Made by a program: the position numbers and the translations under genes | Source of the DNA: Octopus sinensis | Lineage: Eukaryota | Assembly: GCF_006345805.1 (NCBI RefSeq) | Contig: NW_021835020.1 | Coordinates: 1-43,276 of the forward strand | DNA length: 43,276 bases | Reading direction: 5' to 3' | In this document: positions 1 to 10,314 of the stretch, one piece after another | Layout of the letters: each line of letters begins with the position of its first letter | How positions within the stretch are numbered: the first letter of the stretch is position 1 | The notes under the pieces: generated by a model | The model's database searches: none | What the model saw: only the letters and a program-made list of their open reading frames with translations | What the model was told of the DNA's origin: nothing

Positions 1-200
1 TACTCAAAGAAACAGGAAGAAAGAGTGAGAGAAAGTTGGGGCGAAAGAGTACAACAGGGGTCGCCACCACCCCCTGCCGGAGTTTCGTGGAGCTTCAGGA
101 GTTTTCGCTCAATAAACACACACAACGCCCGGTCTGGGAATCGAAACCGCGATCCTCCGGCCGTGAGTCCGCTGCCCTAACCACTGGGCCATTGCGCCTC
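1..200 (-). mobile_element. tRNA-derived SINE, family C (cut by window edge)
   Basis: Minus strand starts GAGGCGCAATGGCCCAGTGGTTAGG (A box) and has GTTTCGATTCC (B box); homologous to 8930-9221 and 11465-11757. Confidence 0.8.
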
Positions 201-303
201 CTTTCAATTAAATGGATTCAACTAAAAGCCCTGAAAAGCCCAGTGATGGCGTTAATGTTATCAGGAGTTATTTAAGTTATCATAAAATAATAAGTTGTTC
301 TAT

Positions 304-727
304 ACTCTCTTTTACTCTTTTACTTGTTTCAGTCATTTTGACTGCGGTCATGCTGGAGCACCGCCTTTAGTCGAGCAAATAGACCCCAGGACTTATTCTT
401 TTTAAGCCTACTACTTATTGTATCGGTCTCTTTTTCCGAACCGCTAAGTTACGGGGACGTAAACACACCAGCATCGTTTGTCAAGCGATGTTGGGGGGAC
501 AAACACAGACACACAAACATATACACACACATGCATGTATATATATATATATATATATATATAAGACGGGCTTCTTTTCAGTTTCCGTCTACCAAGTCCA
601 CTCACAAGGCTTTGGTTGGCCCGAGGCTACAGTAGAAGACACTTGCCCAAGGTGCCACGCAGTGGGACTGAACCCGGAACCATGTGGTTCGTAAGCAAGC
701 TACTTACCACACAGCCACTCCTACGCC
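304..727 (-). mobile_element. tRNA-derived SINE, family A, full length
   Basis: Minus-strand head GGCGTAGGAGTGGCTGTGTGGTAAG...GGTTCAGTCCC, internal TA/CA microsatellite, tail ...ATGACTGAAACAAGTAAAAGAGTAAAAG; more than 12 homologous copies in the window. Confidence 0.9.
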
Positions 728-885
728 AATGTTATCATAAATTATCATACACATCGTTGAGTTTGTTCCACTGGGTTTATCGAAATTTAATGCGCATTTA
801 TTAAAATTCAAAATCGTTTTATCTCTGTTCAATGTGCATGCGTGCGTATGTGTGTGGGCGAGGTGGGGTTATCTCTGTACCTCTA

Positions 886-916
<31 letters not shown>

Positions 917-1096
917 CTGCTACGTCTCTCTCCCTCTGTAAAACAGAAAGATGAAGTAGATTTGTAAAATTAGGAGAACGTAATCTAAAAACCTCACATA
1001 AGACAAAGATGAACACATATGAAATACAGACACACCCACACACAATCTCATAATGTTTACATAAAAATGTGTATGAAAGCACGTGTGTGCGTGCGT

Positions 1097-1165
<69 letters not shown>

Positions 1166-1200
1166 TTGTCTATCTTATCTATCTATTTATCTATCTATCT

Positions 1201-1392
1201 GGGCAGAATTCACAAAAAAAATAACAAACAAACAAAAGACGAAGACAGGTGGTGTAGACAACAAAGAGATATATTAGTATAACGCTCGGGAAGTGAAAAA
1301 GTCTTTAACGTTTCGAGCCTACGCTCTTCCACAGAAAGGAACACAGAAAGAAACGAAGAGAGAAAATAAAGAATGTGTAGTGGCTAGCGATC
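1201..1392 (-). mobile_element. ~190-bp PLE-terminus-like repeat (HHR family 2), copy 1
   Basis: Homologous to 24802-24995 (+) and 31748-31920 (-); T-rich 3' part; flanked by (TATC)n; contains a hammerhead-like fold. Confidence 0.75.
1303..1338 (-). ncRNA. Minimal hammerhead-like motif, U6 variant
   Basis: Minus strand CUUU-CUGUGGA-A-GAGC(GUAG)GCUC-GAAAC-GUU-AAAG: stem I CUUU/AAAG, stem II GAGC/GCUC, palindromic ACGU stem III. Confidence 0.65.
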
Positions 1393-1430
1393 TATCTATC
1401 TATCTGTCTGTCTGTCTATCAAACGGATCC

Positions 1431-1770
1431 ATTATTATTTTTGGTCGATAGATGATGATTAATTAAAGTCCTTCTGTGTCTGTCCTACTTGCAAGATTTG
1501 TAGTATTTAATGCATTTCATTTATTGAGGAGCTGAATGCCACGTATTCAGAGTTTTGTTAACAATTGCGAGAGCAACTATTTTTTCAAAGGCGTATCTTG
1601 TCGTGAATTGCTCGAAATACGGAGTAGAAAAACAGCCAACAACTGATGAAGGGTCGTTTTTTATGTTGCTTGTCTAGTTTTCCATTTGTTTCTTTCTTTG
1701 TTCGCAAAAAAGGTTCGTATTCCATGTTTTCGTATTTCATGTTGTTTACGTTGTATGACGTCCTGTACCC
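1431..1770. repeat. Unclassified interspersed repeat next to HHR family 2
   Basis: 1431-1561 aligns by eye with 31597-31731. Confidence 0.6.
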
Positions 1771-2029
1771 ATATATGCATATGTATATACATGTATATGT
1801 ATGTACATATATGTATGTATATGCATATATATATATATATTTATATCTATGTACGTAATATATATGTATACACATATATATACACTCACTCATATATACA
1901 TACACATATACATATATACACACATATATAGATATATGTACATGTGTGATCAGTCATGGGTGCGTATGTGTGTGTGAATACATATATTTAGTTATGTATA
2001 AGTGTGTTAAGATGTTTAGCTCCCAACGT

Positions 2030-2330
2030 TAGTTGAAACCGTGGGCAAGTGTCTTCATATATAGCCTCGGGCCAACAAAAACCATGTAACTGGATTTGGT
2101 GGGCGGAAACTGAAAGAAGCCTGCTGTATATATATGTGTGTGTGTGTGTGTGTATGGGTGTGTATCTTTGTGTCTGTATTTGTGACCCCTCGTCGTTTGA
2201 CAACCGGTGTTGGTGTATTTATGTCCCCTGGTAATCCGGCAAAAAGGCGATCAATAGAATAAATATTAAACATATAAAAAAATAAGTCCTGTGGTCAATA
2301 TGTTCAACTAGAAACCCTTCCAGGAGGTGC
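2030..2330 (+). mobile_element. SINE family A, diverged, head-truncated
   Basis: GGGCAAGTGTCTTC...GGAAACTGAAAGAAGCC...AATAAGTCCTGTGGTC matches the family A body. Confidence 0.75.
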
Positions 2331-2421
2331 ATATATATAGCAATATATATATATTCATAACTACATAAGCATATACATTATTTACATTTGACGGATATTT
2401 GTCCTCATCTTGTTTGTTGTT

Positions 2422-2467
2422 AACACAGTGTTTCAGCTGATATACCCTCCAGCCTTCATCAGGTGTC
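2422..2467 (-). ncRNA. Minimal type I hammerhead (family 1), cleavage site decayed
   Basis: GACAC-CUGAUGA-A-GGCUG(10 nt)CAGCU-GAAAC-ACU-GUGUU; triplet ACU where sibling copies have GUU. Confidence 0.75.
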
Positions 2468-2515
2468 TTGGGGGAAATTTCGAACCAGGGTTATCATTCC
2501 TAAGGTATTTTCCGA

Positions 2516-2518
<3 letters not shown>

Positions 2519-2558
<40 letters not shown>

Positions 2559-2697
2559 GTTGTTGTTGTTGTTTCTGTTGTTGTTGTTGTTGTTGTTGTT
2601 CTTCTTCTTCTTCTTCTTCTTCTTCTTCTTCTTCTTTGTCTCCTCCTCCTCCTCCTCCTTCTTCTTCTTCTTCTTCTTCTTCTTATTATTATTATTA

Positions 2698-2734
<37 letters not shown>

Positions 2735-2830
2735 GTTGCTGTTGTTGATGTTGTTATATTATTATTATTATTATATCATTATTATATTATTATTATTATT
2801 ATTATATTATCATTATTATTATTATTATTA

Positions 2831-2878
<48 letters not shown>

Positions 2879-2892
2879 CATTATTATTATTA
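2519..2892. repeat. Compound trinucleotide microsatellite (TTA/TTG/TTC/TCC)n inside the PLE 3' region
   Basis: Directly visible. Confidence 0.95.
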
Positions 2893-2896
2893 GGGC

Positions 2897-3343
2897 TTAT
2901 AAATCTAATATTTTCCTATCAATCCTTAATACCGGTTCCCATATGCTGTTCATATCTGCACTCGGTCTGCTTAGGAGGTTGTTGTGTCCTAACATATGTG
3001 CTGCTTCTTTTAGCTTTCGTATTTTCCAGTGGTGTTCTCTGTCTATTATTTTTACCTCATCCCACAGGAGGAGGTGGTCTCCATTTTTCCATACATGATC
3101 AGCCATACCCGATTTATCAATATCTCCCCGTGTCACAGCTTTGCGATGTTCCTCTACCCTTATTCTGAAGGGGCGGCATGTTTCGCCTTTTTATAACCTA
3201 CCACAGCTGCATAGGATGGAGTACACGCAGTTCTTAGTCATATTCTCTTCTACTGGTGGTTTTACTCGAAGGAGATATTTGTGAAGTGTTGTATTACTTT
3301 TGAATACTGTCCTGATGTCATATAGGCCGCATATCTTTTGTAT
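2897..3343 (-). pseudogene. PLE GIY-YIG endonuclease, one premature stop
   Basis: One frame: IQKICGLYDIRTVFKSNTTL...NCVYSILCSCGRL*KGETCRPFRIRVEEHRKAV...SGMADHVW...KLKEAAHM...SADMN; VY..(Y)xG plus the R, H, E, N pattern of PLE GIY-YIG domains; the stop replaces the second Tyr. Confidence 0.9.
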
Positions 3344-3624
3344 GAATATAAGTATCGATCGTGATACCCACCACGAAGAAATGATCAAGCTCAGAAACAA
3401 TCTATTAAGCAACATCTACCCTAAAAGTATACTCTCCACTCCAATAAGGAAGAAAAGAGAGGATGAAACCGATAAACAGTCCGCAGTCTGTCTACCCATG
3501 TGAAAGGCCTCTCCGAAAAGATACAAAAGATATGCGGCCCTTATGACAGTGAGTACAGATATGAACAGCATATGGGAACCGGTATTAAGGAAGGATAGGG
3601 GAATATTAGATTTATAAGCCCTAA
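3344..3624 (+). pseudogene. Inverted PLE ORF fragment with the endonuclease deleted
   Basis: Encodes DRDTHHEEMIKLRNNLL...VCLP/VKGLSEKIQKICGPYD, overlapping the start of the minus copy by about 28 nt, fused to an inverted copy of 2893-2960. Confidence 0.8.
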
Positions 3625-3647
3625 CAAGTCACTCCATAATTGCCCAT

Positions 3648-3707
3648 GGCCATATGGCGTAGTGGTTAAGAGCGCAGGCTACTAACCCGCGATTCCAGGC
3701 AGTGACC
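3648..3707 (+). other. tRNA-like segment (A box intact, B box partly deleted)
   Basis: TGGCGTAGTGG at 3655-3665, GGTTAAGAGCGCAGGCTACTAACCC, remnant CGATTCC, end AGTGACC. Not a functional tRNA. Confidence 0.6.
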
Positions 3708-3721
3708 TGAATAATAATTCC

Positions 3722-3753
<32 letters not shown>

Positions 3754-4089
3754 GCGGGGGAGCATCATAGTCATGTGTTGAGAGGGATTCATTGGGGTTT
3801 GAATAATTCACCTCTGGAAACATGGGTGGTTCTTTCAAATCCTTAAACAACCCTTATTCAGGACCGTTTGAGCGGGATGGGCTACTCAACCAAGAAAATT
3901 CTAACTGGGCCCCACCTGCAAGGTCATGTGCTGTTTAGTCTGATATGAGATCACCATGTCGCGCACATAGGGTTTGTTATGGCATGGCCTGGTGGAGCCC
4001 TTATCAGACGGGTAGTCATGATGGGTATATTGGGCTTCGTATATTTTACCCCAGTTGTCACTTTCATGGCATGAACTGCTCTCTCACTC
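3754..4089 (+). mobile_element. Retroposon family D, 5'-truncated, with (AAT)n tail
   Basis: Aligns with 37000-37318; both end in CACTGCTYTCTC(A/G)C plus (AAT)n. Confidence 0.75.
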
Positions 4090-4141
<52 letters not shown>

Positions 4142-4188
4142 TCGGCAAATACATTAGGAATGAGAACCCAGGTTTGAAATTTCCCCAA

Positions 4189-4234
4189 GACACCTGAAGA
4201 AGGCTGGAGGGTATATCAGCCGAAACGTTGTGTT
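4189..4234 (+). ncRNA. Minimal type I hammerhead (family 1), intact core
   Basis: GACAC-CUGAAGA-A-GGCUG(GAGGGUAUAU)CAGCC-GAAAC-GUU-GUGUU; palindromic ACGU stem III as in dimeric PLE HHRs. Confidence 0.85.
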
Positions 4235-4537
4235 AACAACAAACAAGATGAGCACAAATATCCGTCAAATGTAAATAATGTACTTAATTCCTCATCTCTT
4301 AAATTTAGAACTGTACATAAGCATATATGTACGTATATGTGTGTGTATGCATGCATCCATGAATGTATGTATGCATTCATGCAAGTATGTATGTTTGTAT
4401 GTGTGCATGTTTTCTTTATTTCTTTGCGTCAATATGCGAATGAATATGATAATATGAAAGTGAGTGTATGACTGGAGAGGCTTGTTGTTTATATATAAGT
4501 GTATATATATACACACACACACATATATATATATATA

Positions 4538-4568
<31 letters not shown>

Positions 4569-4686
4569 CATACATATACAAATATATATATATATACACA
4601 TATATATATTTATATATATACATACATACATATATACATACATACACACACACACACACAACACACACACACACAACACAACACCA

Positions 4687-4764
<78 letters not shown>

Positions 4765-4917
4765 GACGCACACACACCACACAAACACCCTGATTGCTTC
4801 GGTGCAGAAATGAGCAAACAGCCGTTGATTGTGTGGTGGTCTAGAACGTATGTCTGAAAGGCGAGAACGTTTCTATATTGTGCTCTGGTTATTAGCGTGC
4901 GTATATATCTATATATA

Positions 4918-4984
<67 letters not shown>

Positions 4985-5574
4985 TCGTATGCTCGTCTAT
5001 AATAAGATTCTGGAGCAGCGTGCAATCAGCATAGATCGATCAATACGTGCGAATGATTATGCGTGCATCATTGCATCTAGCAATGTGTTTTCCTGGTTGA
5101 ATGCATATCCATAGTGTGTGCTTTCATTTATGTGCATGCGTGTGATCGTGTGTGACTGTATTTCCGTTGTGTTCCTGTGTATGTACGTGTGTTTATTTAT
5201 AAATATGTGTGTGTTTGTGCGTATGCTTTTGTGAAGACGTTATTAATTTAATAATACAATAATAGTACGTGAGAGAGTGTCCTGTGCTCTCAAGATAACC
5301 ATATGAAAGAGGAGAATACGAAACCAAGTCCACCTACACGACGCCTCCACTCACGACATGACACGCCTCGTCGCAGAGGCATCATGAAGTCATATTCGAA
5401 AAAAAAAAAGCAAAAACAAAACAAAGAGAACAAAACAAAAACGCAAAAGAAACGGAGGAAGAAACTAAACAAAATTATCCCAAAAAGGAAAGCAAAAAAA
5501 ATATATACAAGAAAAAAAAGACAAAAAATGAACAATGCAAAAGAATGAAACCAACGAAAGGGTAAGAAAGAGAA

Positions 5575-5608
<34 letters not shown>

Positions 5609-5859
5609 AGAGATATAGATAAATAGGCAAGGAGAGAGAGAGGGGGGAAAAAGAGAAAAAAGGGAAAGAGCGAGAGAGACGAACAGTGATGTCAATGGTG
5701 TGTGGAGGTCACGGGCAGAGCGGGGAGGTGGGCTTAGTAGAAGGTTTCAAATCCTTATTGATTTTGTAATGGTGTATTCTAGATGTCAGCCGTGTTGAAA
5801 ACGAGGCTGGTCATCTGTGAACTAAGAGCGGCGCAAGCCATTATCAGTGATGGACACGT

Positions 5860-6064
5860 CTCTCTTCCTCTTCCTTCCTCTCTCTTTCTATCAGTCTGAC
5901 TGTCTGTCTGTCTGTCTGTCTGAATGATTGTTGTATGTCTGTCTGTTTTTTTTTCTCTCTCTCTCTCTGTAGCTATCTCCGTATCTCTCTTTGTCTCTCT
6001 GTCTCTCTCTTTCCCTCTCTCCCTCTCTCTTTCCCTCTCTCCCTCTCTCTGTCTGTCTGTCTGG

Positions 6065-6143
<79 letters not shown>

Positions 6144-6300
6144 GTCTACATCTCCGTGTCGCTTTCTCTTTGTCTGTATGTCTGTCTGTCTGTCTGTCTG
6201 TTTCTCTCTCTTTCTCGCTCCCTCTTTCCCCTTTCTCTCCCTCCTCCCTCTCTATATCTCTCTATTTGCCTCTCTCTTGTCTTGTGTATCTTGGCTTCTT
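5860..6300. repeat. (CT)n/(TCTG)n/(TA)n low-complexity tract
   Basis: Directly visible. Confidence 0.9.
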
Positions 6301-6368
6301 AACATTACTGATTGCGCTCAATGATTTTTGGAAGGTGGTGATGGTGGTGGCGGTACTGACAGCCTGTA

Positions 6369-6404
<36 letters not shown>

Positions 6405-7037
6405 CTGTGTGTGTGTGTACTGTGTATATGTGTGTATGCGTGCGGTAATGCGACCGTCATAATGATGCTGAGTGATAATTATGGTTGTGGTGGTAGTGGT
6501 GAGTGGTGGTAGAAATTGTAAATTGTTGAAGTGGCCGGCGGCGATGCTGCTAAATATAGTGGCGGTGATGGTAGTGGTGGTGGTGGTGTTTGTGTATGTT
6601 GTGTGTGTGTGTGTGTGTTGTGCGTGTGTGTATGTGTATGTTCTGCGTGTTTGTATGCGATAATAAAGTGCGAGTGTAGGGGGAGTAATTGCAGCAGTAG
6701 TAGTGATGGTAGGATGGTAGTATAGGCGACATTTTTGCTCTGGTGGTGGTAGTAATTGTTGTTGTGGTAGCTATTGTGTTGTTGTTGTTGTTGGTGGTGG
6801 TGATGGTTGTTGTGGGGGCTATGGTGATGGTAAGATGCACATAATAACAGCTATGGTCGTTAGGAAAGTAGCTAGAGCAGAGATGGTCAGTTTGCTGCAG
6901 CTTGGGCTTACATATGACAGTAATGATGACAGCAAGAGAGTGGAATTGGTGGCGGTGATGGGATCAGAAGAGATGGAGTTATATTTAAAGATGACGGGTA
7001 GTAATGAATGATGTTGATATTCTTTTCTACTCTTATC

Positions 7038-7228
7038 ACAAGGCCCGATATTTTGGGGAAGGCGGGGCCAGTCGATTAGATCGACCCCAAAATGCAACTA
7101 GTAATTAATTCATCGACCCCGAGAAGATAAAAGGCAAAGTCGACCTCGGCGGAATTCGAACTCAGAACGTAAAGACGAAATACTGCTAAGCAATTCGCCC
7201 AGTGTGCTAACGATTGTGCTAGCTCGCC
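7038..7228 (-). mobile_element. tRNA-derived SINE family B monomer (tail type 2)
   Basis: Minus strand GAGCTAGCAC...GAGTTCGAATTCC (B box)...GTCGACTTTGCCTTTTATC...GGGGTCGAT. Confidence 0.8.
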
Positions 7229-7644
7229 GATAATGTCGTTAACGTACAGCTGTCTATGTTTAATAGCTCTTTCGCCAAGAAAGTGACTGGATATTGATCT
7301 AGTTAAACTGATTCACAAAAAAATGCATTTTTTAAAAGGAAGTAAAAAATCTGAAAATCGGCTATAATAGTGTAGTTTTCCAGTCTTATTGCTATGAAGG
7401 GATGGTGTTCTGGAGAAAAAAATTAGAGGAAAAAGTTACAGTGTATTGGCTAAAATTACCCAAATTTCCCAACTGTAATTCCAAATAACAAGATTCTTTC
7501 ATTTGCAAGATAAAGCAATTGGTTGATCGTAATCAAAATTCAGAGTTGCATCGATACACCAAAACTCAAAGCAGTTTGACCAAAATTAAAGAAGGCTAAC
7601 TTTGCGAATGGAACTATCTAGATCCCTGGACAGAAATGCCTGTT

Positions 7645-7690
<46 letters not shown>

Positions 7691-7750
7691 GTTTAAAAAT
7701 GTTGGCGCAAGCCAAAAATGTGTGTGTAAGAACAAATATGGGTTGAGGTA

Positions 7751-7827
7751 CACTACAGCTGTTTCAGAAGCGTATTGTATTGATGAACAAATCAATTACA
7801 TCATGAAAATACCGTTTCTATCAGGTG
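7751..7827 (-). ncRNA. Degenerate hammerhead-like motif with long stem II
   Basis: CAC-CUGAU-AGAAACGGUAUU...AAUACGCUUCU-GAAAC-AGCU-GUA-GUG; palindromic ACAGCUGU stem III, stem I CAC/GUG; core appears to lack G8-A9. Confidence 0.45.
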
Positions 7828-7876
7828 AATTAAAAAAAATTTATATATTTCTCTCTCTAACTCTCTCTCTCACTCA

Positions 7877-7907
<31 letters not shown>

Positions 7908-7915
7908 TGTATATA

Positions 7916-7983
<68 letters not shown>

Positions 7984-8269
7984 AGTTAGAGGTTTTGAAA
8001 CCAACCAACTAAGGGATAGTAGCTATCCAAATAGTGCTGGTAGTGTGCCCAATTATTCATACCCAAGTGCTGTTTATTGCGTGGCAATCTCGCAATTGAG
8101 TGTTATGTATGGGCGGGGGTCAAAAGTGGTTTACTCTGAATTTTCTTATTTGCCCTATATATATATATATATATCCAGGCTCACCCCCACCACTGTACTG
8201 TATCAGGGTTGCTCACATTTAAACACTGTGTTTATTAAAGGATATTTATGTATATAAGTACGTATGTAT

Positions 8270-8422
8270 ATATTGGCTTAAAATTTTGGCACAAGGCCAG
8301 CAATTTCGGGGGAGGGAGTAAGTCGATTACATCGACCTCGGTGCTCAATTGATACTTATTTCATGGACCAGTGAAATTTGAACTCGGAACATCGAGTCGG
8401 GCAAAATGCCGCTAAGCTCGCC
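8270..8422 (-). mobile_element. SINE family B, diverged and internally deleted
   Basis: AAGTCGATTACATCGACC...GAAATTTGAACTC...GCTAAGCTCGCC. Confidence 0.65.
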
Positions 8423-8929
8423 ACTTTATGCATGTATATGATATTGAGATGTTACGTATGATATTGCGTATTACAGATATTGATTTTAAAGCTCAATATC
8501 GCAGGCAAGCAACGTTTTACAGTTTACCGCTGTCTCTCATTGTGATTTTAAACCACAAACTGAAATTACAGATCGATTAATACTGAATCAGTTGAGTTTC
8601 ATCCAAGAAAACGGGAATGGATGCTGATATATAGCCTGGTAGACCGTATGTGAAAGATGACTGCAATTCGACGCAGATTTGGCTCAAACTCTAAATGTAA
8701 ACTTACGCAGACGACAGACAGACGTGTCCAATTTACCTATTTCTCCGGAAATTGAGTGAATGACGAATAGCCTTAATCAATTTTCGACAATTATTGGGGT
8801 CTCATCAGAGTTACGTACATATCTCTTAACCAATCTCAGAGAAACGATCAGCCAATCTCTTTAAAAACATGCCTCTGAAGCTCCCAAAACTAGATACCAA
8901 TATAGCATTGTCCGAGCTGTGTTAGGTTA

Positions 8930-9221
8930 CCTGTGAAGGAAACGTGTACCTTTAACGCAGTCCTCGGGGAGATTCAGCTTGACACAAAGTGTGGCAAGGC
9001 TGGCCCTTTGAAGTACAGGTAAAACAGAAACAGAAAGAAAGAGTGAGAGGAAGTTGTGGTGAAAGAGTACAGCCGGGTTCGTCACACCCCATCCCTGACG
9101 GAACCTGGTGGAGCTTTAGGTGTTTTCGCTTAAAAAATATTCACAACGCCCGGTCTGGGAGTCCAAGCCGCGTTCCTACGACCGCGAGTCCACTGCCCTA
9201 ACCACTGGGCCATCGCGCCTC
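8930..9221 (-). mobile_element. SINE family C with an alternative 3' tail
   Basis: Head and body align with 1-200; 3' part differs from 11465-11580. Confidence 0.75.
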
Positions 9222-9395
9222 ACACACACACACACACACACACCACACACACAGTGCCATATGTATGTATAAACAAAAGCGTATAGTTTTTTGCGTATAT
9301 ATCTGTACCTATCTATCTATCTATATATATATATATGCATGTATGTATAAATATATATATATATATATATATATGCATGTATATATGTATGTATG

Positions 9396-9455
<60 letters not shown>

Positions 9456-9859
9456 TGTATGAATAATACACACAGACGCGAATATATATTCATGTTCGTG
9501 AGTAGAATTATGCGCTCGCGCCAGTCATGTCTCTCGTAGCAATGCACGTGTGTGTGTGTGTGTGTTTACGCGTGTGTGCATATATATGCACGTTTCTGTT
9601 TATCATTTAATGCGTGTATTTGTGCGTGAGTAAATGAATGTATTCATGTGTGCGCGAGCCAACGTGCGTGGTCGGCATTCGGTGTTTATAATGGCTGCTA
9701 ATTATCGATGTCTCTATTAATTCGCTTCGTGAAGACTTAACACACACCAATCGGTGCTATCTCTTCTGACCAGCAAAATGTCATTATAAATTGTCTTTGT
9801 CTTAATCTGTTGCTCCTGCTCCTACAGATAATAGCAATGTTATTTATTGGACTCTATTT

Positions 9860-9866
9860 TATTTAT

Positions 9867-9954
<88 letters not shown>

Positions 9955-9962
9955 ATATATAT

Positions 9963-9998
<36 letters not shown>

Positions 9999-10062
9999 CA
10001 TACATACATACACATACATACATACACATACATACATACACATACATACATACATACATATA

Positions 10063-10100
<38 letters not shown>
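9860..10100. repeat. (TA)n/(TACA)n microsatellite
   Basis: Directly visible. Confidence 0.9.
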
Positions 10101-10105
<5 letters not shown>

Positions 10106-10109
10106 CAGA

Positions 10110-10245
10110 TATTGGTGTGGCTATGTGGTAAGAAGCTTGCTTCTGAACCACATGGTTTCGAGTTCAGTGCCACAGTGTCTCCTACTATAACCTCGGGCCT
10201 TGTGAGTGGAATTGGTGGACGGGGACAGAAAGAAGCCCGTCGTAC
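10110..10245 (+). mobile_element. SINE family A, 5' part
   Basis: GTGGCTATGTGGTAAGAAGCTTGCTT...GAGTTCAGTGCC...GAAAGAAGCCCGTCGTA. Confidence 0.75.
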
Positions 10246-10314
10246 ATGCATGCATGCATACATACATACATACATACATACGCACATACATATTTATATA
10301 TTATTTTGTACTCT

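Larger units (their letters stand above)
2376..4313. mobile_element. Penelope-like retroelement insertion made of two head-to-head 3' fragments
   Basis: Minus copy 2376-3343 (endonuclease, microsatellite, HHR terminus); plus copy 3344-4313 (linker, ORF end, HHR terminus); direct repeat TACATAAGCATATA at 2362-2375 and 4314-4327. Confidence 0.85.

Noticed and set aside
488-804. Recurrent ORFs such as [23 protein letters not shown]
   Set aside because: Translations of SINE family A, repeated at 20595, 27980 and 42807.
1640-1700. CTGATGAAGGG as a hammerhead
   Set aside because: No stem II or GAAA follows; a type II arrangement with the upstream GAAATAC fails at U16.1.
3648-3707. Functional tRNA gene (also the SINE heads)
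   Set aside because: T-arm/B box deleted and acceptor stem mismatched; these are tRNA-derived, not tRNA genes.
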